Shown one piece after another: positions 26,581 to 39,053 of a stretch of 64,000 bases of DNA. Under the pieces are notes generated by a model. The model saw nothing but the letters and a program-made list of their open reading frames with translations, was not told where the DNA came from and did not search any database. The translations under genes and the position numbers were made by a program. How positions within the stretch are numbered: the first letter of the stretch is position 1; each line of letters begins with the position of its first letter. Source of the DNA: Eledone cirrhosa (taxonomy: Eukaryota); NCBI GenBank assembly GCA_964016885.1, contig OZ024743.1:321904001-321968000 (forward strand), in the 5' to 3' direction.

Positions 26581-27702
26581 TTGAAAAACTAAAAAGAAAA
26601 AAAAGTGAATTAACCATTAGCTTTTTAACGCCCCGTGTATTTTCGTTGCAGGTGATAGACGGGTTAAATTTATTAGTAAACTAAATCCTTCTATCAATAG
26701 CGGAGAGAAGCTGTGCAATTCTAATTGGCTAACATATCACTACAAATCTACACATGTTGCAGCATCTACACAATCTCAAAGTATCAGAGATAAGCTTATT
26801 CCCATTTGTTTCTCTAAATTAAAGCATGTAAGACCCTAAGCATAAGAAATATCATAAATATTTTGTGGCATTCTAAAGCACTTAACTCTGTTTCACGACG
26901 CTTCATATAGATTACACTAGTCTAAAGAATGAGTTACTGAAATGACAGAACGAAAGAAAGACATGAAGATGAAATTAAATGAATAAATAAAAGCAATCAT
27001 AACAAACAATAATAAATACATAACCAGAAATACAATTATGTTAACGAGAAATGAAAGAATGTGTGAGATGAAGAAAGACTTAAAAGAAAAATATGAAAAT
27101 ATTCCGAGAAGCTTAGTGAAACGTGATGATTGCTTTAAGTATAAGATTGCAATTGATCCCAAGTAAATAAGATTGTCATTCTAACCTCCCCAATCCATAT
27201 AACATTAATAAGGATACAAAGAAATCAAACAAAATGAAAGGTAAAAATAGCGGGCGTACAATGTAGCTATTGTTTGTCAAGAGGTATTTGAGATTTAGGA
27301 TCATCTGATGAATTTAAAAAAAACACATTATAATGGCGGCTAAGGCTGAACAGAGAGGATTACTTTCCTTCCACCTTTCACACCACTGAACATTCCTTTC
27401 CTTTCACTACCACTGCATGAGCATGTGTCTGTAAGCTTATATGACTGTCTGTCTGTCTATCTATCTATATACACATACATGTATGAGTATACATTTATGT
27501 TGTATATATATATATAAAATAACAGATTAAAGTTTAAGCACAGAATCGATATATATATATATAATATATTTCGTTTCTGAATTTGTTTAGCAAGATTCTT
27601 TATCTGAAAACGTGTGTTGAAACCGATATTGTTAAAAATTGAAGTGAAAGCAAATGGTGCGTGTGTTTCTTATTGGCAACGTGACCCTCCCAAAGTATAA
27701 CA

Positions 27703-27874
<172 letters not shown>

Positions 27875-28021
27875 TATATTGTTATACTTTGGGAGGGTTA
27901 TGTTGCCAATAAGAAACACACGCACCAGTTGCTTTCACTTCAATTTATTATAATAAATTTATAAATTTATAAATTTCTGGTTGGTTGGTTGGTTCCACAA
28001 CCAGATAGTTGTTTATATATT

Positions 28022-28064
28022 GTCATAGTTCTTTCGTCACACACTCTGTGACCTCTTCAGTGAC
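28022..28064 (-). ncRNA. Minimal type-I hammerhead motif (PLE left arm)
   Basis: GUCA-CUGAAGA-G-GUCACA(GAGUG)UGUGAC-GAAA-GAAC-UA-UGAC. Confidence 0.75.
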
Positions 28065-28269
28065 TGGGGATTCCTTTCTTTGTTTCTGTGCCTCTCCTTT
28101 GTTCTGTCCTACGCCATTTTGTTTCTCTGTGTGTGCTGTGTGCTCAGTCTGCGCATGCGCCACATCCGGGTGTCTGTGTGTGTTTATGTTCATTTATTTA
28201 TTTGTTTATTTACATGTTACTGGTTGGTTGTTTGTTCTATGTGTGTGTGTGTTTTCATTTTGTCCTTAA

Positions 28270-29194
28270 TTGTAAGTTGTGATGTTGCTGTTCCACTCAT
28301 ATTTTCTATTTAATTTTGGTTGTAATTATTTTATGTTTATTGCCTCTGTGATTTGTCTAAACATTGCGTCTTTTCTGTGTGTAGATTCTATTTTTATTTC
28401 TATGTTCTCTAATTTACCCTTGTGTTCTATTTTAGCATGTTGGTAGAGTACAGATGATTATTTACTATCTTGAAGGTCTCGCCAGTGTTCATTTATCCGT
28501 TCCCCTACACTACGAGCTGTCTCACCTATGTACACTATATTTTTGTCTCTACATTGTCCTTCAGTACATCTTATACTATACACTACATTTCTAGTTTTAC
28601 AGTTAATATGGGGGCTTATTTTACAGGTTATACATTTCTTATCTATACATGAGGGTCTTTGAAAAGGGTATGTCTTGCTAATAAGTGTTTTTACGAAGGT
28701 ACCTGGTCTTTCTACTATCTTAATATTGAGTTTATGTTTATCTAGGGCCCTTCTAAATTTGTAAGCTAATTCACCTCTAGGGGTTGTATCGATGAACATT
28801 ACACTCTGGTATTTATTGCTATCATACCATGAGTTTATTCTATTAACCTTATTCCTAGTTCTTTCTATTCTATTCCAAAATTTGCTCCTATACAAGGGGC
28901 AGGTCCCATTTATGTCATTATTTACCATTTTTTCCCATTTGGTTCTGGCTCCTCTATACACTCTGATTTTATCTCTCTGATTGTAGCCAGAGAACTGCAT
29001 ACGGTGGATGAAGTGTTGTATGTGTCTCTCTAGTTCTTCGGGGTTGCACATGCGGGACACGTTTCTCATCACCCGTACCAAATCCGCAATCAGTATGTTG
29101 ATTTTGGTATGGTCCGAAACAGCCGAGTTTCGGTGGATCAGATGTTTGCAAGTCATGGGTTTGGCATAATGGGAATGGAGGATTTGTTTTTTGT
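28270..29194 (-). pseudogene. PLE RT-thumb/GIY-YIG endonuclease, left arm
   Basis: HYAKPMTCKHLIHRNSA..KINIL..RNVS; CIDKKCITC; YIGETARSVGERINEH; an in-frame TAA at 28458-28460, then RQITEAINI..LNRKYEW. Confidence 0.85.
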
Positions 29195-29195
29195 A

Positions 29196-30122
29196 ACAAA
29201 AAACAAATCCTCCATTCCCATTATGCCAAACCCATGACTTGCAAACATCTGATCCACCGAAACTCGGCTGTTTCGGACCATACCAAAATCAACATACTGA
29301 TTGCGGATTTGGTACGGGTGATGAGAAACGTGTCCCGCATGTGCAACCCCGAAGAACTAGAGAGACACATACAACACTTCATCCACCGTATGCAGTTCTC
29401 TGGCTACAATCAGAGAGATAAAATCAGAGTGTATAGAGGAGCCAGAACCAAATGGGAAAAAATGGTAAATAATGACATAAATGGGACCTGCCCCTTGTAT
29501 AGGAGCAAATTTTGGAATAGAATAGAAAGAACTAGGAATAAGGTTAATAGAATAAACTCATGGTATGATAGCAATAAATACCAGAGTGTAATGTTCATCG
29601 ATACAACCCCTAGAGGTGAATTAGCTTACAAATTTAGAAGGGCCCTAGATAAACATAAACTCAATATTAAGATAGTAGAAAGACCAGGTACTTCCATAAA
29701 AACACTTATTAGCAAGACATACCCTTTTCAAAGACCGTCATGTATAGATAAGAAATGTATAACCTGTAAAATAAGCCCCCATATTAACTGTAAAACTAGA
29801 AATGTAGTGTATAGCATAAGATGTACTGAAGGACAATGTAGAGACAAAAATATAGTGTACATAGGTGAGACAGCTCGTAGTGGGGGGAGGGGAACGGATA
29901 AATGAACACTGGCGAGACCTTCAAGATAGTAAATAATCATCTGTACTCTACCAACATGCTAAAATAGAACACAAGGGTAAATTAGAGAACATAGAAATAA
30001 AAATAGAATCTACACACAGAAAAGACGCAATGTTTAGACAAATCACAGAGGCAATAAACATAAAAGATTTACAACCAAAATTAAATAGAAAATATGAGTG
30101 GAACAGCAACATCACAACTTAA
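29196..30122 (+). pseudogene. PLE RT-thumb/GIY-YIG endonuclease, right arm
   Basis: Same protein. Frameshift in the G-run near 29882 and the same in-frame TAA near 29933; natural end ..LQPKLNRKYEWNSNITT* at 30122. Confidence 0.85.
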
Positions 30123-30332
30123 AATTAAGGACAAATGAAAACACACACACACACACATAGAACAAACAACCAACCAGTAACATGTAAATAAACAAATAAA
30201 TAAATGAACATAAACATACACAGGCACCCGGATGTGGCGCATGCGCAGACTGAGCACACAACACACACACACAAACAAAATGGCGTAGGACAGAACAAAG
30301 GAGAGGCACAGAAACAAAGAAAGGAATCCCCA

Positions 30333-30375
30333 GTCACTGAAGAGGTCACAGAGTGTGTGACGAAAGAACTATGAC
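30333..30375 (+). ncRNA. Minimal type-I hammerhead motif (PLE right arm)
   Basis: Identical mirror copy of 28022-28064. Confidence 0.75.
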
Positions 30376-31474
30376 AATATATAAACAACTATCTGGTTGT
30401 GGAACCAACCAACCAACCAGAAATTTATAAATTTATAAATTTATTATAAATTTATTATAATAAATTGAAGTGAAAGCAACTGGTGCGTGTGTTTCTTATT
30501 GGCAACATGACCCTCCCAAAGTATAACAATATCGGTTTTAACACACGATTTCAGATAAAGAATCTTGCTAAACAAATTCAGAAACGAAATATATATATAT
30601 ATATATACATATAAAAATATATATACATATAGTAATAATAATAAATGTGAAGACTGAAATCCAAAGAGGGCTCGATAAGGAAAAATGTATATCAAATATA
30701 TAAGAACCCTAGAGCAAATATTTATTAAAATAACAGATTAAAGTTTAAGCAAAGAATCGATGCTTTCACCCTTAACTGGATCTTCGTTATATATATATGT
30801 GTATGTGTGTGTGTGTGTAATATATATATCTATATAAATACACACACTCACACACACACACATAGGTGTATATTACATTTTCTAATTTAAAGAAAAATAA
30901 TCTTCTAAGATTTCAATCTAAAACATGTATTTTACTACGAACGTTTCAATTCATGAAGACAATTTACAATTAATTAAAAATTAAAGGGTTGATTAACTAA
31001 AAATTAAAGGGTTGATTAATTATATTAATCATCTGATAAGCATAAATATTACATATCGATTCATTCTCAAAATTATATTAATGATAAATGATCGAGACGA
31101 AGCAAGGGTGTATTTGAATTCATCGCTAGAACAGCCGTTAAAACAGCCAAATGCTGTCAATGATTGCATTTCAACAACTGTTCTAGCTATGGGTTTTCTT
31201 ATTTTTATATGAATTTATATTAATGATGTGATAATTATAGACATTACACATCGATTTATTCTCAAAAATCTCTTCAGGAAAAGCAATCTGTTAAAAGATT
31301 ATAAAAGTCTCTTTATGTTGAAAACAATAATTGTTTTTAATTTGATACAAGATCAGCAATTTGAAGAAATGAGAAAAGTCGATTAAATCGACCCTAATGT
31401 ATTACTGGTACTTTATTTTATTAATAAGATAGAACTATCAATACCTGTTTGATTTATTGCATCCCGATTGATTG

Positions 31475-31672
31475 ATTGATTTCCTGCACCCCGAGATCAT
31501 TGGTTCCCTGCACCCAGAGATCATTGATTCTCTGCACCATAAGATCATTGGTTTCCTGCACATCGAGCTGATTGATTTCCTGCACTCTAAAGTCAGTGAT
31601 TTCCTGCATTCCGAGGGAATTGATTTCCTGAATCCCGAGGAAATTGATTTCCTGCACACTGAAGTCATTGAT
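31475..31672. repeat. 24-bp minisatellite, about 8 units
   Basis: Consensus about ATTGATTTCCTGCACCCCGAGATC. Confidence 0.9.
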
Positions 31673-32211
31673 AAGCTAGAACTATGTGTACAATGAGAGT
31701 TGATTAAATTCACTATATTCTCTTCTTTACAAAATCAATACTGTGCCTATTTAAGAAAAACACCAACCTGATATTACACAAATGCATGGTGTTCTCATCA
31801 CACCCATACTTCTGTACAGCGTCTTTCGACGATGAATTCCTAATCAAGTCGTAGAGACACCATCATGTCATATGGCGTGTTTAGGGCATCTTAAAATTAG
31901 CGGGACCCATCCCTCTGCAAGTCAGAATACAATTAATTGCTTCTAGACAAATAGATAGAAAGAGAGAAAGGGGGAGAGATGGAGAAGGAGAAAGAAAGAA
32001 GTAGAGAGAGTGGGAGAGAAAATGAAGGATATATAATGATATAGAAAGGGAGAGAGGGATATTTAGCTATAGAGAGAGAGAGGGGGGGGGATATAATCGA
32101 TTCTAGTTCTAGAGTACTTTATTTTCCGATTCCGAAAAATAAGAATAAAAGGAAGTTAAAGTTGATTGACCTCAACAGGATTTGAACTCTGAGCGTTGAA
32201 CGCTTGAATGA

Positions 32212-32401
32212 ATAATTGTTTCTATTTTTGGCACAAGGCCAGCAATTACCCAGTACATTACTGGTACTTTATTTTATCGACCCCGTAAGGAAGAAAGGCA
32301 AAGTTAACCTCGACGGGATTTGAACTCAGACCGTAATGGGACGTAACTATACTAGAAAGCATGGCGTCCAACCCTCTGCCGATACTGCCAATTCACCGCC
32401 C
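32212..32401 (-). mobile_element. SINE, family A (a further diverged copy at about 32095-32200)
   Basis: Reverse complement of the family A consensus. Confidence 0.8.
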
Positions 32402-32548
32402 TTTTTGGATGAATAATGCAAAACCTTCTATCAGACACTCTAACGACTCTATTAATCTGTCGCTGTCTCTCTATACATCTTACATGTGACTAGGTGTTTA
32501 TTGTTAATGGCAACACATCCTCTCTAATTCCTTCTTTCTGCCTGATAA

Positions 32549-32744
32549 CAGACCTGTCAACCTCTAAAACCCCAAACATAAAGTACCATGAATAAAAGTG
32601 CCCCAAAGCGGGGAGAAATGAGGCAAAATTGGGGAGAATTTATATAATGAAAGTTATACTCATTTTCACAAGAGAAGACGTATCTCACCCACCCTAAAGT
32701 GGGTGGATGATCTCGGGAAGATCTCAGGGAGAGTTGCAGATCTG
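32549..32744. mobile_element. Putative hAT-like MITE
   Basis: Imperfect TIRs CAGACCTGTCAAC / GTTGCAGATCTG and subterminal GGGAGA motifs; no clear TSD. Confidence 0.35.
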
Positions 32745-33332
32745 TGGTAACATTGTCCCCATCCCGCTCAATATTAACCTTATTGATCTCATTATTCTGA
32801 GTAAAGGCTTACGAAGGTTATCAAAACAATAAATATAATATCAAAGTGGTTTAGGGTGTAAACTATCAGGATGATATTTGATACTCTGTTCATTTCTGTT
32901 GTTTTATTGTCATATATCTTAACTTATAATTTTCATCTTTATTTGGTCGATAAAATAAAGTACCAGTAAGGCACTGGATCGATTTAATCGACTTTTCCTT
33001 CCTCCCAAATTGTTAGCCTTGTGCCTATATCAGAAACCATTATTATTAAGATTTCGTAATTACTATTGTTGATCTCCACATTTTGCTTTCTCTCCGCTCT
33101 TGATGTCCCGCCATCAACTTTGCATTTTATCCTTTCTGTGTCAATAAATAATGTACTGGAGTCGATTCTTCTCTCTTCCAAACTCTCTTTCTCTTTCTCT
33201 CACTCGTTCTTTCTTCCGACTATGTAGCGCATTAAGAATATATATATTGAAGTGTTTCCTGTCAGTCACAATATATTTGTTAAAAAGACGCTCTGAGTCA
33301 TCCCACCCTCATCGTAATCCTTCTTAATGCGC

Positions 33333-33397
<65 letters not shown>

Positions 33398-33446
33398 TTA
33401 TTTATTTATTAAAATAACAGATTAAAGCTTATATATATATATACAC

Positions 33447-33856
33447 ATTGCCATTGGCAGGAACTACGTTGGTAAATATATTGTTATTAGTAGGAAACAC
33501 CTCAGTCATTAGCAGGAAACACTTTGGTATATATATTGCCATTGGCAGGAAATACGTTGGTAAATATGTTGTTATCAGCAGAAAACACTTCGGTCAATAT
33601 GTTGTTATCAGTTGGAAACACTTCGGTCAATATGTTGTTATCAGTTGGAAACACTTCGGTCAATATGTTGTTATCAGTTGGAAACACTTCGGTCAATATG
33701 TTGTTATCAGTAGGAAAAACTTCGGTCAATATATTGTTATTAGCAGGAAACCCTTCGGTCAATATATTGTTATAAGCAGGAAACACTTTGGTAAATATAT
33801 TGTCATTGGCAAGAAACTCTTCGGTCAATATATATTTATTAACGGGAAACTCTTTG
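33447..33856. repeat. 33-bp minisatellite, about 12 units
   Basis: Central units GGTCAATATGTTGTTATCAGTTGGAAACACTTC are identical; edge units are diverged. Confidence 0.9.
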
Positions 33857-33937
33857 TGTAGTATCAAGGGCGCTAACCCATCATGGCCTCAGCTGGATGA
33901 CTGGAACAGGTAAAAGTGTAAAAGATATATATATATA

Positions 33938-36160
33938 TCATCATCATCATCATCGTTTAACGTCCATGTTCCACGCTTGCATGGGTTTGGACGGGAGTTT
34001 TCCCACTTGAGGCAAGAGTGGTTGTCTTGCTCGCATAGGACTGGCTGGCGGGTTTTCTACAGCTGGATGCCCTTCCTAACACCAACCACATTTACAGTGT
34101 GGGGCTGGGAGGTTTTTACCGTGTTGCCTACACGGCCACATTACAGCGTGGACTGTCTGGCGTGTTTTCTACAGCTGGATGCCCTTCCTAACACCAACCA
34201 CATTTACAGTGTGGGACTGGGAGGTTTTTACCGTGTTACCTACACGGCCACATTACAGCGTGGACTGTGTGTTTTTTGTCGTGACACCTACACGATCTCA
34301 TTTGTTTCGGCCTGGATGTTGTGGCACCAACATAACTTTGCATTGAAAGGGGTGGTGTGGATGGGGGGACGGGGGGGGTGTATTTTGTTAGAGATGCCTA
34401 CTGACTGTAGTAGGTTTTACTTTGTATTTAGGTAAGGCGGGTCTTCTCTGTTACTGAGTACCGCCAAAGGTCTCGGTCCAGTGACATTGTCTTGGAGAGG
34501 TGTAAGTGTGTGAGGTCGGAATTTATCAGCTCGTCCCAGGTTTTTCTGGGTCTGCCTACTCCGTGGCTACCATCTATCTTTATTGCCCTGCACTTTGTTA
34601 TACAGCTGTCGTCTTTCATGCGCATCACGTGACCATACCAACGTAGCCTTCTCTCGAGTAAACAACATCTGATCCCTCTTATTTCTAATTTTTTCCTTAG
34701 TTCGTTTATGCTTTGCCGTTCACGTATATTACTATTACACATCCAGCGGAGCATGCAAGCTTCGTTCCTCTCTAGTCTGTGTATATCCTCTGCACACAAT
34801 GCCCAGGTCTCACTGCCATGCAACATTGCTGTTCGTATGCAGGCATCATACAACCTGCCTTTCATTTTTAGAGAGAACCCGTTAGCGGCTAATAGTGGTA
34901 TAAGCTCTCTGAACTTTTTCCATCCAGTTCTGACTCTAGCTACTGTACTTTCAGAGCACTCTCCCCCACTGCTGATTTTGTCACCCAGGTAACGGAAGCT
35001 GTCCACTATTTCTATAAAACCCTCTGCGCAATTGAAAGAGCTAGTATTTTGTGGGCACTTGCTGCTACTTATTGCACCAGAGCACCGGCCACATGTAAAA
35101 TCTGTGTTCTTAGTTAGCTTACCTGTGATCCCACTACATCTTTTATGCACCCATACTTTGCATTTGGGACATAAAATGGAGTTTCTACCTACGCCTTTCC
35201 TACACACTGAGCATGGCCATTTCCCGGAAGGGACCGGCGCCTTATTTTCTTTCCTACAAACTAGAACTTTAGTCTTAGCCAGGTTAATTTTAAGGCCTTT
35301 TGATTCTAGGCCGTGCTTCCATGTTTGGAATTTCTTCTCTAGTTCAGCCATTGATTCAGCTATGAGCGTTAGATCATCTGCGTATAGGAGTTCCCATGGT
35401 CTTGAACTCCTCTGTTATAGCCTGAAGGGCAATAATAAATAGTAGGGGGCTAAGAACAGAGTCCTGATGGACACCAACTTTTACGCTAAACTCTTCACTA
35501 TATTCGTTGTTAATTCTAACCTTGCTGACTGTTTCTTTATACATGGCTTGTATAGCTCTCACAAGCCATTCGTCAACACCTAGTTTTCTAAGAGCCCACC
35601 AGATAATGGAACGGGGGACTCTGTCGAAGGCTTTCTCCAAGTCGACAAAAGCTAAGTATAGGGGTTTACTTTTATCTAGGTACTTCTTCTGTAGTTGTCG
35701 TACAATGAAAAGAGCGTCTGTGGTACTTTTGCTTGACACAAACCCGAACTGCATTTCATCTAGATCAATTCTCTCTCTGATTAGTTGCGCTATTACTTTT
35801 TCCGTGACCTTCATGACCTGGTCGATTAATTTAATGCCTCTATAGTTACTCCTATCTAGGGCGTCTCCTTTACCCTTGTTACAGTTAACGATGATGCTGC
35901 TACGCCAGTCCTTCGGAACAACCCCATTCTGTATGACTTGGTTTACTATCCGGGTGACCATGGTGTGTCCCACCGTACCAGAGGCTTTCAGCATCTCAGC
36001 AACTATTTCCGAAGGCCCAGCCGCCTTACCCGTCTTCATATCTTTGATTGCCTTACTTATTATACTACCTTCGACTAACACTGCTGGTCCCTCTATTGGG
36101 TCGATTTGGGGGAGACTGTCTTTCTCCCATTTATTCTCCTCATTTAGTAGCCTTTCGTAG
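33938..36160 (-). mobile_element. RTE-clade (BovB-like) LINE, 5'-truncated, with (GAT)n tail
   Basis: ORFs 35374-36081 (KGKGDALDRSNYRGIKL, QFGF, FVDLEKAFDRVPR) and 34428-35351 (Cys-rich insert, FRYLG, HGSETW, RLRWYGHV, GRPRKTW); YADD near 35380. Tail AAACGATGATGATG. Confidence 0.9.
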
Positions 36161-36267
36161 TGACACTTTCAAGCTACCTTCTTATCAGCGTCAGTGATGG
36201 CAAGTACGCCATTATCATTAAGTACACACTTCTCCCCGACAATATCACGGTTTTATATATATATATA

Positions 36268-36458
36268 CGAGGGGATGCTGAAACGTTCCTGGCTTTAAGG
36301 GTATTTAAGAGGCCTGGTTGGAAGCCCAACCTTCCGAGTTCCTTTTACAGGACTTAGGAAAATTGAAAGACCACTGCAATATGTTGAATAAAACCATCAT
36401 TAACTGATCCTCCTGTATTTACTTTTACCCAAAGCCAGAAACTTTTCAGCACCCCCTC

Positions 36459-36459
<1 letters not shown>
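36268..36459. mobile_element. Tc1/mariner-type MITE
   Basis: TA|CGAGGGGATGCTGAAACGTTCCTGGCTTT ... AAAGCCAGAAACTTTTCAGCACCCCCTCG|TA, inserted in (TA)n. Confidence 0.85.
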
Positions 36460-36525
<66 letters not shown>

Positions 36526-36717
36526 AAGTTTAGAAAGCGGCGAGCGATGTTTGAAAATTGAAGTAGAAATAGAAGGCTTCGCCGTGACATGTGACTAAAT
36601 AAAATAGTCTTAATAACGAGGCGTAAAAACCCACTGAACGGAAAAATGTGTGTGTTGATACCCATCTTTTTCCGTTCAATGAGTTTATACGCTCCGTTAT
36701 TAAGACTATATATATAT

Positions 36718-36928
36718 ATAATTGTTTCTACTTTAGGCACAAGGCCAACAATTTGAAGAGGAGGGGAAAGTCGATTAAATCGACCACCGTGCATTACTGG
36801 TGCTTTATTTTATCGACCCCGTCAGGACGAAAGGCAAAGCTAACCACGGCGGAATTTGAACTCAGGTCGTAAAAGGCCGTAACTCTATACCACGAAGCAG
36901 GGTGTCCGATGCTCTACCGATACTGCCA
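36718..36928 (-). mobile_element. SINE, family A
   Basis: Reverse complement of the family A consensus. Confidence 0.75.
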
Positions 36929-37015
36929 AAACAAAAAAAGGACGAGGTGTTAAATCTTCATATTATATATATGATATATATTGTATATACGTGTGTATAT
37001 ATATATATATATAGG

Positions 37016-38720
37016 AAAAAGTATGACCCCGACGGTAGAGCTCAAGCCGTTTCGACGGCTATTTCTGGACTAAATTAGAATTTTTAGTCTGGTGAATAAA
37101 TAGCCGAAGTTGTCAAGAGGATTAGTTAAAATTTGTTGTAAACACAAATAAGTCTATCATGGCATTTGGTGGGAGGTAGGGGTGGCTGAACTTGCCTGTA
37201 GAACAATAGGGGAGTGAGTGGAGCGATCAAGCGTTGAAGGTGATATGTATACAGCAGATTCTAAGGATAGTGTATGAAGTGGAGGAGGGAGGTTATAGAA
37301 TAGGTAAATCGAATGAGAGTAGGAGACAATAAAAGATAATAGAAATAAATAAAAAATATATAAAATTAGATAGTGAGAAATGAATAAAAAAAATTACGAT
37401 GCTATCTTACAATTGCAGGTTAATAAGTTGAGAATAGAAAAAACTTGTAGAAATTGAGTAGTACCAGAACTGATACAAAATTAAAGGGGTTTAACACATC
37501 TGTTATAAGTAGTTAGTAAAACGTATTCGGCCAATTCTATCTTAAAATTACAGGGGTGGGGGAACTGATGCTACAGAGGCCCGATGGGCTGCATCGGGGT
37601 AGGCGAAAGGGGAAAAGCAGACGAGGAAGAAAATAGGGATGGAAGGAAGTGATAGGATGAGACAGGGGGAAGAAGACAAAGAGGAAAAGAAAAGAGACAC
37701 ATCTACCTATGTATGCTGGAGTTTCCTCTAACTTATTTGGCAAGTGAGGAGTATCAGCCCTTGTCTACCCACCCGAGTCGTTATGGCGTTTGAGGGCGAG
37801 GTAAGTCCTACGCAATCTGCGTTTGCATGTGGTTACCAGTTCGTCTTTCTTGTTTAGGAGTTGGTCCTTCGAAAACAGCATTTGTAATGTTTCCTCCGAG
37901 CATAAGTTACACGGGCGGCGTCCTCCCGCGTAAGAGTTAGCTCTGGACAGTAAGCTCCAAGTGATATTGTAGGTTATATTATTATCTTGGAGGTCCCAGA
38001 TCTGGCCCGAAAGTGTAGTGGCATGTCGCCGGACCGGGTTTCGTAAAGTATGTCGGTGTTGGTAGAGCCGGGTCTTGAAGTCACACGCGGTTAATCCTAT
38101 ATAAGCTTTGTTGGAGGTGTCAGTGCTCACGTTGCACTGGTAGATCATGTTACGTTCTCGGCATTTGTTGTTGAGGGGGCACGTAGATCTATCAGGGAAG
38201 TTACACCTCCTGGTCGGCTCTCCACTGATGTCTAGGTTATTTCTTCCATAGGGGTTGAGTTTTTTGTTGTTTGAGCAGACAATGTTTTGTGCGAAGTTAG
38301 GTGTGGTGCTGTAGGAGAGTTTGATGGTGTTTTTGTTGATTATGTTGTGGTAGCGGTGTTGTAGTGGGAAGTGTTTTTCGAGGAGTCTAAAGAAGATTTT
38401 CCCGATAGGTGTTGCCACCTTGGCATTATTGAGGAGGATTGAACCACGTTACGTTGCGTGAGCGGTGGTGTCGCCTGCTGGTTCCGCTAAGGGAAGCCGG
38501 ATAAAAGGATATTTCCTCCCGGAAGCCACCCCGCTTGAGGGCCTGGTTGTAATGAGGCGCCTGTTCGTCGAATATCTGCTCATTAGCGGACAAACGAGAT
38601 ATGCGGAGGGAGATGTTTTTAACCAGGTTATTGGATTGCCCCTTTTTTTAACCAGGACATAAGGATTGCCTCTTGCGTATGGCTTGAACAAGGAGTAATC
38701 CGTCCTGTGGACTATGTATT
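37016..38720 (-). mobile_element. 5'-truncated Penelope-like element, second family (RT C-terminus, GIY-YIG, 3' UTR with hammerhead)
   Basis: ..FKPY..RISRLSANEQIFDEQAPHYNQALKRGG..RNVTWFNPP / ATPIGKIFFRLLEKHFP..CPLNNKC..IYQC..YIGLT..FKTRLYQH..CNLCSEE..LLNKKDE (ORF 37765-38418). Degenerate hammerhead at 37027-37120. Confidence 0.9.
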
Positions 38721-39015
38721 GATGAACGAATAAATATTCTAAAGAGATTACGCAATAGTGATTGCCTAAACACGAGAAATGAATTCTTCACACGTTTTCC
38801 ACGCGTCTGGAAACACCTCTTATATAACTACAAAGCTCTGGATTGAATTACAACAACATCCTAATTTTCTTATCAACTAGAAGCTTTTCGGGCTTTCGCA
38901 GTTATCTCCCTTACACCTCTCGCACGCAATTTAGTATTGCCTGTGTGAAGTGATCGTTTTTGCGCATGCGCGTTCGTACGGTTCCTCTTCCTGTTCCGTA
39001 CAACCATGTCCATTA

Positions 39016-39053
39016 CGAGCTGAGGATCCGCTAAGGTGAAACAATTGTTCTCG
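39016..39053 (+). ncRNA. Minimal type-I hammerhead motif in a third PLE-like 3' remnant (about 38730-39090)
   Basis: CGAG-CUGAGGA-U-CC(GCUAA)GG-U-GAAA-CAAUUG-UU-CUCG; palindromic stem III ACAAUUGU. Confidence 0.7.

Larger units (their letters stand above)
27877..30531. mobile_element. Head-to-head palindromic Penelope-like element (two arms of about 1.32 kb, 1-nt spacer at 29195)
   Basis: Mirror ORFs 28458-29156 (minus) and 29234-29905 (plus); centre GATTTGTTTTTTGT-A-ACAAAAAACAAATC. Each arm has an RT C-terminus, a CxxxxCxxC linker, GIY-YIG (NVVYSIRC...YIGETARS..ERINEH), a 3' UTR and a hammerhead. Confidence 0.92.

Noticed and set aside
27877-30531. Explaining the palindromes as sequencing fold-back artefacts
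   Set aside because: Most arms differ by substitutions and indels and follow a consistent PLE geometry. The hypothesis remains open only for the apparently perfect 13187-13634 hairpin.
31768-31914. Exon-like minus-strand segment (ttgcag|AGGG...TCAG|gttggt)
   Set aside because: Stops in all three frames and no START-domain similarity.
33447-33856. 33-bp repeat array as a CRISPR array
   Set aside because: The units are contiguous with no unique spacers, there are no cas genes, and the context is eukaryotic.
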